Positions 31,691 through 44,420 of a stretch of DNA of 64,000 nucleotides are shown here, in pieces. The position numbers were made by a program, and so were the translations under genes. Where the stretch lies: the NCBI RefSeq assembly GCF_009914755.1, contig NC_060936.1; one strand, given 5' to 3'. A model generated the notes under the pieces. That model did no database searches. It had not been told where the DNA came from and saw nothing but the letters and a program-made list of their open reading frames with translations. Position 1 is the first letter of the stretch; every line of letters begins with the position of its first letter. This DNA is from the human T2T-CHM13v2.0 reference genome, Homo sapiens.

Positions 31691-32229
31691 AGCAGTGTCA
31701 AACTCCTATAAACCTTAATAGGGAAGGTACCAGGTTCAAGAGGCTGAAAAAGAGACCCAGAGCAGCAAACCATACATGGGGATTTATTAAGGATTTACAC
31801 ACAGGACACAGAGTCCAGTGATGACAGGTCAGATAGGAGAACTGCCTTACATACAGAAACGGTCCAGTGGCAGCAGGCTAGTCAAGACATCTGCCTTCCT
31901 ACAGTTCAGTGGCAGCAGGTTAGGCAGGAAAATTGCAACCGCTTTCAAACAGCAGACAGTTTATATAGCCTTTTTGCTTAGCACATTCCCCTTAATGATC
32001 TCCACCTGGCAACCTTTATTTAACCCAAAACTCAGGGCCTCAATCCCCTGTACAGCTCACATTCCGTGGGAAAAGCCAGGGGTTCAGTTATTCCTCATAG
32101 ACAAGGAACAAATCTCCGGGCTGGACATTCCCGGATTCCCTAGCTCAGAACACACATTCAGATGCGTCTACTATACAGGGTCATTCTAAGGGTATGCTTG
32201 TTATTGCTTTCAGATGTGTTTACCCTACA
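31691..32229 (-). mobile_element. Solo ERVL-class LTR (LTR32-like)
   Basis: Minus strand starts TGTAGGGTAAACACATCTG, has TATATAAA (~31960-31967) and AATAAA (~31783-31788); perfect 5-bp TSD atgac at 31686-31690 and 32230-32234. Confidence 0.8.
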
Positions 32230-33074
32230 ATGACCCACATAATGCTGCATTGCTTCCAACTTCATAAATAGAGCAGCCTTCTCTACCTATATCACGGCCA
32301 TCTTTGGGCCATTTTGAATTAGTTGCCTTAGGGATTTCTTTCTGTCTTTCAATTCCCTGAAATAAAGCAGTTTTTCTGACAGTCTATGCCTTCTGTTCTT
32401 TATGTCCTTTAATGTGATCCTTTCTCTTAAAATCCTGTCATGAGAAGCTTAGACAATCTTGCCTTCCCCAGATTCAATTTTTTCACAGTTATCACAGCAT
32501 ACATGTACTTTATATCTGAGGTCAGCTTGTACTATTCTTACCCCTTGTATCTGTTTTGTTGCATATTATCAGGAAGTAAGTAGATCCCTTTCCAAGTTGA
32601 ATCTTTATCAGTTGAACACCTGCAAGGATAACAATCATTTGCAATTAACCAATTTTGAAGCACTCTTTCCTCCGTGGGTTAGCCTGCTATGTGAACATAA
32701 GCTCAACCCAGTGGTTATGTCTTTCTACTCCTACCCAAGGTTTGAGTCTGTATCTTCTCCATATTTTCTCACTTATATGCTGTGATTACTTAAGTTAATT
32801 TTAATGATTTTTTTCTAATATTTTGGGGATTAAATGAACATTAACATTAATGAAGAATCTAATTTGCCAAAGATTTTGTAACCATCTAATATGTGTAGGA
32901 TCTGGGTTTACACACTGTCCAGGATATAAAGATAATCAAGATGGAATTCTAATCTTCAAGGGAATATCTAGTACAAATTGGAGAGGACATGTCAAAAATA
33001 ATTCTAACATGAAATAGGTGATGTATGTAGTAAAAGTATGAAATTCCATGTAAGCAACTAAGAAAAAAGACATC

Positions 33075-33230
33075 GTAGAGAGGGCTTGTTCAAACACAGA
33101 TTTCTTTGTCCCATCTCCAGAATTTCTGATTTAGTAAAGGTGGGATAAACCTTGAGAATTTGCGTTTCTAACAAGTACCCAAGTGATGCTGATGCTGCTA
33201 GCTGAAGGACCACATTATGAAAACCTCTGA
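33075..33230. mobile_element. MER5A hAT-Charlie MITE
   Basis: gaatttgcgtttctaacaagtacccaagtgatgctgatgctgct...gaccacattatgaaaacctctg. Confidence 0.8.
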
Positions 33231-33239
33231 TCTGGTTTA

Positions 33240-33350
33240 TGCCTTCTCATTATACAGATGAGAAAATTGAGTGAGAGAGAGTGAAAACCTGCCCAAATGT
33301 GCATAGCTTGTTATAGTGGAACTGGAATTAAGATCCAAGTCCCTTGGTTG
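33240..33350 (-). mobile_element. MIR/MIR3 core
   Basis: cattatacagatgagaaaattgag...cctgcccaaatgtgcatagcttgttatagtgg. Confidence 0.65.
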
Positions 33351-34582
33351 CAGTTGAGGTTTCCTTTTCTTACTATATGCTTTTTTGGAGCAATACCTGG
33401 AAGGAGGGAAAACATTTCCAAAGAGTAAAGTTAAGAAGGGCTTCCCATGCCTAATGAACATGGGCTTTCCTGCAGGTGTGTCAAGTGATTCAGTTTGTCT
33501 AATGTGTCAGCTGTGGGTAGAGGCAGACTGTGAGCTGTAACAGTATTGATCAGTTCAGCTGTTGTGTCTTGAGTGAACTTTGGGAAGAAGGCCAGCAGAC
33601 AGCTAGGATGTTGCTATAAAATCCAGTTCAGAGGTAAGAAAAGTCATAGCTAGTGTTAATGGAGTAACAGTGAAGTAACAACTTGTCTACTTGTGATTAG
33701 GAAGTAATCAATTCTTTACCTTTTTTAAGCTAGAAAATATCCTTCGTAATAAACTCAGAATAAGGAACTGAAATTCCTGACTGCAAAAGAACACAAGTGG
33801 AAAGGACAGAACAAAATACTTATTCAACCCTATTTTCATTATCAGGATTAACTCTTTAATGTTGCATTAGAAATACACTGTGAATATTCCAGCATCAAAA
33901 TGAGTTGGAATGATCAATAATTTGAAAAGAAACATTAATTCTCTAAGCAAAGTCTTAAACCTCTTTATTAATAACTCAAAACAGATAAAAATCATATTCA
34001 CATCTTCTGGCACCTGATATCCATCTTGATAAGTTACCTGAAAAGAAAAAAACATTAAGGAACACTGAGTTTAAAGATTTAAATATATTCTCATTAAGAG
34101 GTCAAAGATTTTTTAAAAATTGTCAGAGACAATTTTTAATGAATATATAAATTTTCATGTTTATACTTTGGCTAAAACTACACAAAGGATTTTGTCCGAG
34201 AGGAAATTAAAGGAGGATTTTGTTCAAGAATTTAATTTCCTAAATCTGACTTTTATTCTTTTTTTTTTTTTTTTTGCCCAGAAAAGGCCAGCAAAAGATT
34301 TCAGAATCAGACTCATCTGGCATTTTTTTCTGGGGAAAAACTAGAAACTAAAGGATCCATTGTGTAACTGAAAGCCTATTTACTTAAGGGGCTTGAATTC
34401 ATGCCTGCAGGATGGTATCTTGATATTCTATCCCATATTTTGAGAAAGATCAAGGAGTCAGAGGGAGTCATGAGATGGAAATAAGTATCTCTTATATTCC
34501 CTAAATTTAATTGTTTTCAACTTTTCTGCAAAACTCATATAATTTCCGCTTGCTCTATGGATGAGGAAGATTTTGGATTTGT

Positions 34583-34997
34583 CTTTTGGGTCAATTCAGA
34601 TCCTCCAGATAGAAGATGTCAAGACAGAAGTGCTAGAGATTTTTTGAGGGAAACACTTGTGAATGATAAAGGGTAGATGGAGCAGGAGTAGGCAGGTAGA
34701 ATAGGCCTGATACTTGGAAAAGGAGAGAGTAGAAAGAGCTTCAGATTATAGTATGAATCCGAGAAAGTCTCAGCCATGCTGATAGGAAATCCCAAAGCAA
34801 AGATTTTCCATTAGCAGAATCCCGCATGGGTTAGAAATGGCCCAGCATCTGACATTCTCTATTACTGACATAAGCCAGGTAAAGTATGACTTTGGTATGA
34901 TCCTTGTTACTGATCACAAAGGTTCAGCAGCTGAAACAACGAACGAACTAACTATACTTTTAGCAGGTTCGTCACCTACAGAGCTGCCCCAGTACCA
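34583..34997 (-). mobile_element. LTR16-like 3' LTR of an ERVL provirus
   Basis: LTR16-type sequence abutting the ERVL internal region; edges approximate. Confidence 0.55.
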
Positions 34998-37900
34998 CCT
35001 TCACTTGACACAAATCTTCTCCGCATGTATTTGGGAGTAGATCCTCCATGCTGTTCCTGTTTCTCTCAAACTACAACATCTGTTGCTGCAGTGGTCTCAG
35101 GGTTGTAACTTATATATATCATCATTTCCCCCCTCCACCCTCCATTCTAAATGTCCCTCTACCTCAGCTGTTGCCTGAGTATGTCTTAGTGAATTCCTGG
35201 CATTTTGACCTAAACCCTAATTCTTAAGGAGGCTGAGCCTCTGGTAATCTCAAACTAGTATTGCTGCAAGTGGACATACATAGTTACAATTAGACATGGG
35301 AACATAAAGGGGTATGCAAGTGAATCATCTGAGTTCCATACATATTCCTCTCCACCCTCACTATGTGAAAGCAGACTTAACTCCTCCTGCTAATCAATTA
35401 CCCTGGCCAAGATGGTAGCCCCTCTCTTCACCTACTGGACCCTGGACACAAGGAGTTCAAAGTGCACAGGGGGAAGCAATGGTTTATAATTCATTGGGGG
35501 CAGTGTTGTATGCCTTGGTAAAATATGCCACCTTAAAAGAAATCAACATATCAAAGGGATAGCTGCACTTGCTTGTTTATCGCAGCACTATTCACAGTAG
35601 CAAAGACGTGGAATAAACTAAATGCCTGTCAACAGATGAATGGATAAAGAAAATGTGGTACATATACACAATGGAATACTATTCAGCCATAAAAAATGAA
35701 ATCATGTCACTTGCAGCAACATGGGTGGGCCAGAAGGTCATTATCTTAAGTGAAATAACACACGCACAAAAAGACAAACATCACATGTTCTTATTCATAT
35801 GTGGAAGCTAAAAAATTTGACCACATGGAAGTTGATGGGAAAAATAGATAACAGGGACTGGCAGAGTTTAGTGGGAGGGAGAATGAAGAGAAGTGGGTTA
35901 AAGAGTACAAACATACAGTTAGGAAGAATACATTCAATGTTTGATAGCAGAATAGGATGGCTACACTTAAAAACATGTATTGTACTTGGGTGATGGATGC
36001 CCTAAATACCCTGACTTAATCACTACATATTATATAGATGTAAAAATTTTCTCATGTGCCCCATACATTTGCACAAATAAAAAATATTCCACCATTGGGA
36101 ACCAAGAATTATAACTACAGAGTCAAGAGTTGTGAAGTTGTGAAGACAGGGTACACAAAGTTCTCCAGTTGGTCACTGGGAAGAATATTAAGTGGGGGTC
36201 ACTCCTTTCTTTTATCCCTTGGTTCCTGGACATATATTTTTCCTAATGGAAACATAATATCACGCATGAGACTCTAGTGTGTATGCTGTATTTTAGAGAA
36301 TGGCACCCTGTCTTCACAGAGTATTTCCTTCAAGTTGGTGCTTCAGTTGTGTCTTTACTCATCAATTTCAATGCTCTGTCAGGCTAGCTGCTTCTACACA
36401 GTATAGGAGTGGTATGTGATTCAATGCACACTATGTGAATGCCACAGTTACTCCTGTATCTATTTTGCTATGAAGTGGGCCTGTTGGTCAAATGTCATTC
36501 AGTGTGAAATTCCCTGTTTGTAGATCTGGCTACATGAGCTTCTGGATAGTCATGCTGGTTGAGGCTCCCCTGGGAGATAATGCAAACTCATATCTAGAAA
36601 ATTATTTTATTCCTATAAAAATCACCACTGGCTTTTCTAGAATAAAGGGAGACCAAAGTAGATGACTAGCCACCAGTAGCAAGTTGGTCTCCTGAAAGAA
36701 TAGTGCCATACCAAAGTCTCAGCATTAAGTCTGGCTGGCAGTTTGGGTGATTAGGGTTATCTGTAGTCTTAATAAATGAGAGTCCATTGAGCTAGTGCAG
36801 TTTCTACCTTTGCCACAGTGCTATTCTTCTCTGTGCCCATTTGACCAGTTCCAGGTTAGCTGAAGACAAAGGTTGGCTGAACCATTTTTTCTATTCATTG
36901 CTCACTGCTTCCTCTAGCGTGGATCATTTTTGATAGATAGTAACATGATGACAAAAACCTTCACACTTCAGGCCGATCTCCAGTGTCCATTCACATGACC
37001 CCACTCCAGACATCTCTGGCCTCCCAGTTCTTGTCCTTTCAGTGTACTCATCATATAGCCCCATTTATTTTTGGCTTGTACCATAAACCATGATAACCTC
37101 TACATAAAACAAGCTTATGCTTTTTCCTCTTCTTTCATCTGGGTGTACCCTGACTCATATATGGTCATAGGTGAAATGTAAACTGAAAGAGGGTCACTGA
37201 TGCAACTCTGGCAGATACCACTGGGATCTGGGCTGCCTGTCCATGAAGGTTACTCAGGACTTCTGATTCTGCTCAAGCTCAATTCCATTTTCTTCAGAGA
37301 GTGATCAGCTACTGAGCCCTTCTGACAATCTACTTGGCAAGTCAAGCAGAACTCAGCTTATAATGAGGAGTTGCAGAGACACAGTCACTTGGTACCATGT
37401 AGTCAATTGTTCTATGTCTTCCTGGATGCAGTATTTTCCCAGGAGCTATTTTTCAAAATGAATGTAATTATCTGCTGATGACATGGCCATAATCCAGAAC
37501 CCCAGAGGCCTCTGTTATGCTTCTTCCACTGGGGCTTGCCATAAGGCCACACTGCATCTCTTCTGACAACTCTTCAAATTCAACTGTGCTGGATTACATG
37601 ACCCAAACGGCAGAGCTGTTTGCACCGCAAACCAAATTCAATTCAGAACCTTTACTTCTCTTGGCTCTACTGGGAGGTGGTGGCCTTTCATGTCATCTGG
37701 CACATAAGCCAGAGCAGTAAACCCTGGGGTCAAATCTGTTGCTTCTGGAACCTAATAGCCCTTCCAAGCATTGCTTCCTTCTCCGTGGTGAGGTATCAAA
37801 ATACAGAAAAATTATATTTTACTCTTTAGTTGTATCAGCCTGTCCCTGACCACTGGTCCCTTGAAAATGTTGCTGAATTTCTTGGAATCTTCATAGAGTT

Positions 37901-38800
37901 TATCTCATTCCCTCTGGAGTACTTGGGTCTTATCAAAGCCTCCAGAATCTTCATAAACTCTTGCTCATGCTGACTGAACAGCAAAATGTTATCAATATAA
38001 TAAATCAGTGTGATGTTCTGTGGAATACCAGATGGTCTGTATCTTTTTGGACTACATTATGACAGGTTGAGAGAATTAGCATAGTCCTGGGGCAAAATTG
38101 CAAATGAATATCATTATTTGTTTCACATGAATATGAACATTCTCTGTTGTTCTTTATTAATTCATATAGAAAAGAATGCATTTGCCAAATAAATGACCAT
38201 ATACCGTATACCTGGGGCTTTATTTACTGGCTTTTGCAAGGATTACATGTCTAGTATAGCAACTCTGATTGAGGCAACTGCTTTGTTGGACTTTTAGTAG
38301 ACTACAGTCATTCTTTAGGACTTGTTCAGATTTTTGCAGAGACAAGAATAGCATATTAAATGAATATATGAGGAGCAACATCACCACTGTACCATTTTAG
38401 ATCTTCAAGGATAGCATAATCTCCTTCTCATCCCCACCCTGGGACACAATCTATATATTTTTAATTGAATAACTTTGTGTGAAGGCAGGGAGAGGTTGTG
38501 GACTTTCACGTGGCCTTCCTTGCTATCATAGCTCTTATTTGAAAGGCCTGAAACCCAATGTGAGGTGACTCTAATTGTCAAGAATGGCAATCTCAATTAT
38601 CCATTAAGTAACCAGGAAAATAAACCCGGCTGTCCTACTGAAAGCTGTAGTTTATCAAGACTCCATCCTTTATTACCTGGTCCCTGTATGTCACCTCTAC
38701 AATGGGGGGCTGCAATGAGGTTCCAGATTTCCAGGTATCATATCCACTCAGGATATTTTTCTTAGACTGATATATAGACACCGAAGTAAATGACCATAGT
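34998..38800 (-). mobile_element. Decayed ERVL internal region (ERV3-16A3/HERV16-like): pol and dUTPase remnants
   Basis: Minus-strand translations RMTVVY*KSNKAV, LANAFFSI (38188-38165), LPQDYANS (from 38095), IPQNITLIYYIDNILL (~38025-37980) and dUTPase-like LLPPVHFELL...GATILARVID...GGEEYVWNSDD (~35480-35325). Confidence 0.88.
35533..36080 (+). mobile_element. L1MA/L1PB-type 3' fragment inserted in the ERVL
   Basis: gatgaatggataaagaaaatgtgg core, 3'UTR, AATAAA; TSD aaaatat(g/t)ccacc at 35520-35532 and 36081-36093. Confidence 0.88.
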
Positions 38801-40164
38801 TCCCTTTTCAGACAATAAGAAATGGAAAGCATACAAACAGAAGCATAATAACTATCCCGGTATAAATGGAATAATAACTCATGTTACTTACATTGCTTAC
38901 CTTAGAAATTCATTTATTCACGCAGAAAAAAACACTAAGAGTCTAATTTGGAATAGACTCTGTGATAGATACTTGAACTTATATGAAAACAATGGAAAAA
39001 AGTACAGACATGAGGCCTGGAGGTCCTGAAATTTGTCCAGTTTGTCATTAGAGCGTACAAGTTTAAGAAATAATTTTTTAAAATACTTTTTGGTAATTTA
39101 AAAGAATAAAAGCATATTCTATGCATAATATTGGTTTATATTCCCTTAATGTGTAGCAATTTCTCACTTATGTGAATACTTATTTTTTGTATAAAAAAGG
39201 ACTAATGCTAATGACTTTATAAAAATAAAGACAAAGATACTTAAATAAATGAATTAAAATAATATGGATATTTACTTGTGACTACTATACTTGGCTCTGC
39301 ACCACTTCATGAACCACCATTCACAGGAAAAGGACTACGATGCACTTAGTATTCCCTATGGTTTGCAGTGGCCTGCCTGCACAATTATAGGTAAGAGCCC
39401 TACAATTTTGTTGCCTGAAATCATGGTGTAGTCAGAGCCTATTATGCAGAAAATAGTGACAACATTTGCCTCATTCTCACATTTTAAAGTCTGAAGTTTA
39501 AAATTTTGATTAATCCAGATGAGGTAATATATACCAATTTTGTGATATACGAACTATAAAGCATGAATTTGTTAAATGAATATATTTAAAACTCATAAGG
39601 ATTTTTCAAAACATTACTATTGTGATCTTTAACAAACAGAACATAAACAAAACAGAACATAAACAAAATTAAACAAAGCAACAATAAACAAAAACAGAAA
39701 GGGTCCAGGCTTCAAAGCATGCCAGTGAGGTAGAGCAATTATTACTATTATTATTTCCATCTATCATTTTAAAAAGTCAATTACTTAAGACCATATGCTG
39801 AACCACAAAAGCAGCTTTTTTAATGTTAGCTGGAGGTCAAATTACGTCTCCATGGAGAGATAAAGAAAGAAAACAAAAGAATGTTCTATCCTGACAAGGA
39901 GGATGCCAGTGTATAGTTTCATCGGTACTTGTGATATAGAAAGACATGCAATTACCCCCTTTTTCATGAGATTCAGACTGGTGAAGGAAGATGTAGTAAT
40001 TAATTATAATTTTAATGTATTATGTACATAATATAACATGTATTATATACTTTGTACAGTATCATGATGATTGCATAAGCCTACATAAATCACATGTCCA
40101 TGAAACCAGCACTGCATGGGGGATTCTTCCCTGAAGATAAGCTAAGGATGAGTACCATTGAGCC

Positions 40165-40660
40165 TATGGTAGCAGGCATCTCATTGGTGCCCTAGCATTC
40201 ATCCTAGCCCATCTGCTTTGTATAGGATCCATTTTGGTTGACGTGGAACTGACCTCTTCTTCAGATCTAAATGGATCCTACTTGATATAAACTAATTCAT
40301 ATAATCTTATCTCCATCACCTCAGTGAGATATGCAATAACCCAAGTCTAAGCCAAACAGGGTGAAGCCCAGCTTCTAGATTAGACTGATTTATTCAAATT
40401 ATATTGACGCTCGGAGCTATTATTAATTTGGGAAAGAAAGCCTTTCTCTCGGTGGTATGGTATTTGGAGGTGAAGCTTGGAACTTCTGTATGCCATTTTT
40501 CTACCAAGAAAAATCTGAGGTGAACAGGCCCTGAAGAATGACCATGGTCTACTAAAAGCTCAACAAAGTAGTTGTCCTGATCAGAGTTGCTATGCTACAC
40601 ATGTAATCCTTGCAAAAGCCAGTAAATAAAGCCTCAGAGGCCAGTTTGGGGACATAGCTC
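40165..40660 (+). mobile_element. Old MaLR/ERVL LTR remnant (MLT1-like)
   Basis: acccaagtctaagccaa and gaagcttggaacttctgtatgccattttt motifs; family uncertain. Confidence 0.4.
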
Positions 40661-40692
40661 TCATATATCTGCATGGTTAACTCATTCAAGTC

Positions 40693-40981
40693 TTTTTTTT
40701 TTTTTTTTTTTTTTTCTGAGACAGAGTTTCGCTCTTGTTGCCCAGGGTCTCTGGCTCACCGCAACCTCCGCCTCCTGGGTTCAAGCAATTCTCCTGCTTC
40801 AGCCTCCCGAGCAGCTGGGATTACAGGCATGTGCCACCACACCTGGTTAATTTTGTATTTTTAGTAGAGACGGGGTTTCTCCATGTTGGTCAGGGTGGTC
40901 TTGAACTCCCAACCTCAGGTGATCTGCCCACCTTGGCTTCTCAAAGTTCTGGGATCACAGGCATGAGCCACCGCGCCCAGC
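40693..40981 (-). mobile_element. AluS (Sp/Sq-like) with small internal deletion
   Basis: gagtttcgctcttgttgccc and cctcaggtgatc diagnostics; ~17 bp missing near 40746; TSD tcaagtctttt. Confidence 0.93.
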
Positions 40982-41899
40982 TCAAGTCTTTTGTTTTAAG
41001 CCAATAAAAATCCACTATGGTGGCCAGGCATGAGGAAAGATGTGAAAGTGTAAATTGGACTACTAAGCATTTTAAAACAAGATTTCATAAAAAAAAGAAA
41101 TGAAAAGGCAGAGTATTGGATGATCAATGTAGATACAGGCCATGCGATGTAATAGAAGAAGGGGAAAAAATGCTCTAAGAACAAAACAGTAAGTGACAAC
41201 TGTTATTTGGCCATTCTCAGGCCTGAGTATTCCCATTTGTCCCCTATTAGGGATGTGTTGAATGTTAACTGTTGAAGAATTTTGAAGAAGAGGGCAAACA
41301 GGCAGTCCTAACATTTGGGTCAATGTGGAAAAGGACAGAGGAAAACAAAGAAAGAAAAAAAAATAAGAAAGAAAATGACAAGAGACCACTCAGTTATTTA
41401 AATATACTTCTATAAAACATAGCGATAAAAAATGACATAAAGATAGACAAATTTATAATGATTTTGAAAAGAACACTTTCTCTATTTATCATTGATAAGC
41501 TTTTTTAACATTCTTCCATTAGATATTCCAAATCTGTGCCACCTCCTTAAAGCCCCATTCAGTTCAGGAGTTGCCCATTTGAAGCAAATAGTTTCTTCTA
41601 ATGCAGAAATGTGAGACCACCGGAGATCAAAAGACTCAATATTCTACAATTCCAATTATAATAGTACCTCCCACAAGAATCTTGTGTCTCATCTCTTAAG
41701 TCTCTAAAGAGAACTTTCCCCACATCTTGAGGCTAAAACCCTCATCTGCTCTTTTCATCTCATGTCTAAATCTTGATTTATCCATTTTCCTTTCAAACTT
41801 TTATTTTGTACAGGATACTTTTCATCAACTTAGATATATGATTAATCTTCAATTTTAATAACTTTTCCCAATACACTATATTTTTCTAACCAGCATTTT

Positions 41900-43060
41900 G
41901 GGAAAAAAAAAGTCTTCACCTACTTCTTCCACTCACATAACATTACTGAAGCAACATTGGCAGGGATAATAAATGACCTGATGGCTAACTCTGAAGGACT
42001 TGGCCTATTATTACATTGTTTTAAATTATTTGTTCTATGCCCTTAGTTTCTATTTTTTTTGTTTTCTTCTTACATGTCTGATTAATTTGCTGAAAATATT
42101 TTGCCTATTTAAATTTCTGTTTCTGAATCCAGATCTCTTGAATTTCTAAAACCTATATGCTAATAATTTTCAACTTTGCTTCTCTACTTTAGACTTGTCT
42201 GCAAAGTGCCTGACCCATAAAACCTATTGTCTACTAGGTATTTGCAGTCTAATATTAGGTTGGTGCAAATGTAATTGTGGTTTTTGCCATTACTTTTAAT
42301 ATTTCATTGGAAGGTATGTTGTCTCCACTCATCACTGAGCTTCTGTCTCTCATTTTCTCTCTCAGTTAGGGACACTTAATCTCCCAAGCAAGAAATTTAG
42401 GAATCAAATAAGCATCTATTCCTCATTACCTATCTTCAGTTAGTTACTAAGCTTCTACCATTTCTTGCATGTTCTACTGCAATAGCTTCTTATTCAACTG
42501 GTCTTTTAGTTTCAGCCTTACCTTCCTCCATTCTTTCCTTCACAGGCTGCCAAGAGAAAGCTCTCTAACAAGTGTAAAATGTAAGTCTGATCATGTCATT
42601 TCTCATTCAGAATTCCCCAACAGCTTCCCATAAATGAAGGATTGAAACTACATTTTTGCTAAACATCTCTGGCAGGCATACAAGAACCTGCATGCCTTGG
42701 TTCCTACATACCTGTCCAGCCACATCTAACTTATTAAATAAACTGCTTAAAATTCTCCAAACACTTAAAGCTGCTTCAAGCACTTGAATGTCTGTGCATG
42801 CAATTCCTTCTGGAAAAAAACTGACCACCTTTTTATTTTCAACCTTAGAAAACTTCAATACATCTTTCAAAATCCAGCTAAACTCATCCAAATATGTGTG
42901 ATGCTTGTCCACTTTTCCCCCCAACTGTATTATCACTGGATCTTAAACCTACTTCTAGTACTTTTCAAATAATATTGCAATTTTTGTACACTATCTTTCT
43001 CCCCTGCTACTCCATGACCTTCTTGAAGGTAGGGACTGTGTCTTATCTAGTTTCTATTCC
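41900..43060 (+). mobile_element. Degraded LINE-2 3' region
   Basis: gtaagtctgatcatgtcatt, ccttcttgaaggtagggactgtgtctt, ends aataaatatatgttgaa. Confidence 0.65.
42253..42300. mobile_element. Half MADE1 (Hsmar1 mariner MITE)
   Basis: TA + ttaggttggtgcaaatgtaattgtggtttttgccattacttttaat: one TIR plus spacer. Confidence 0.85.
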
Positions 43061-43889
43061 CAGCACCTATAATAGTTTGATCCATATTTCATCTTAATAA
43101 ATATATGTTGAAATCAATTCAATTCAATGCATTCAAGATTTCTTTAGAAGAAGACAGGAAGGAAAAAAACTCCCCAGTAAAGGTTTATACAGGGACCTTG
43201 ATTATTGTGTCACATAATTGAACCAAAGACCATATATGTAGACCAGTGAATATTTTACGTAAGCTTCCAGGGAAGCTTTTATGTAAGCTTCAGATGATGG
43301 GAGATCATGGATTTGTTTTGCAGGCTATACAAAAGGATTAGGGTTTCTGCTATAAATAAATCAAGAATATAGGCCTCTGTTGCTCATTTTCAATAATGAA
43401 ACAGTGCATGAAGGCTAAGGAGTGTCCTGGTAAAAACATATCAGAATATATCAACAGCTACAGGAAAAGTAGCAGATGAATTGAGGGTTTGAGCTAGAGA
43501 CAAAGTATAGGAAAGAGATTTGTTATAAGGAGAAGATGATGCCTTTAACATAGATTCCAGTTATTGTTTTAGTCAACTGATAGTGAGCAATTTTGGTAGA
43601 AACTGGAACTAACTTATGAAACCCTACAAATATTGTAAAAGGAGTATACACAAAACAAATTAAGTGCAGGGACTTTTACCTTGTATTATAAAAGTGTTGT
43701 CTTTGGGAGTAAATTCTAACTGAATTTTGGTAGAATTTGATAGGATTGAAAATAACAAAATCACATATTATATAAGCAAATAGAAATTAAGGACTTTTCT
43801 CCCTTAAAGTTCAGAAATTGAGGATTTGGATAATTAAATATACATTTTCAAATATGGAATTTAAAAAGACACCTGCAATAATATTTATT

Positions 43890-44420
43890 TTGTATGCCCA
43901 TGCGCTAAAACCCCTTCCTATTTTTGGTCATTTCTTTGTCTGGTGGGTCTTGGTTGGGGCAGAGACTGACTTCCACAGAAGTGAAAATCTTTTTTTCCTG
44001 GCCTCCCTTGCAACTAGAACACTGGTTCTGTTAGGAAGATGCAACCCCACCAAGTTCTGACTCTTTGACTCAAAGGTATTGAATGCAAAGAAGCAATACT
44101 GGTCGGAAATCCATTCTTGCAGGCGTAGGGCAGTAAGTGAAGCTACATCAAATTCCAGAAGAGGCAATGGTGGTGATTCTGCTAGCCTGTGCAACTTCCA
44201 GCATCCATGGCTTGTGGGGTACAACAGCTGTGCCTGTGCCCAGTGGTGGCTGCATAGGGATTTGTATAGAATCAATTATCTGACATCATTTTAGAGATTG
44301 TTTCTGATGGTGTGGCCTCTAAACACAAGTTGTGTAAGTATTCTAGAATACAGTTCTTTCCTGCATAAATTAGCCTGGGTTGGTTCATGATGCTTAAAAT
44401 TAAGAACTTTGACTAGCCAT
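43890..44420 (+). mobile_element. LTR33-like ERVL LTR
   Basis: ttcctggcctcccttgcaactag motif; 3' end ctttcctgcataaattagcc...aagaactttgacta. Confidence 0.55.

Noticed and set aside
39634-39700. A-rich 16-bp tandem (aaacagaacataaaca x2) and similar small duplications at 11-30, 43253-43291 and 55268-55322
   Set aside because: Ordinary slippage products with no further structure.
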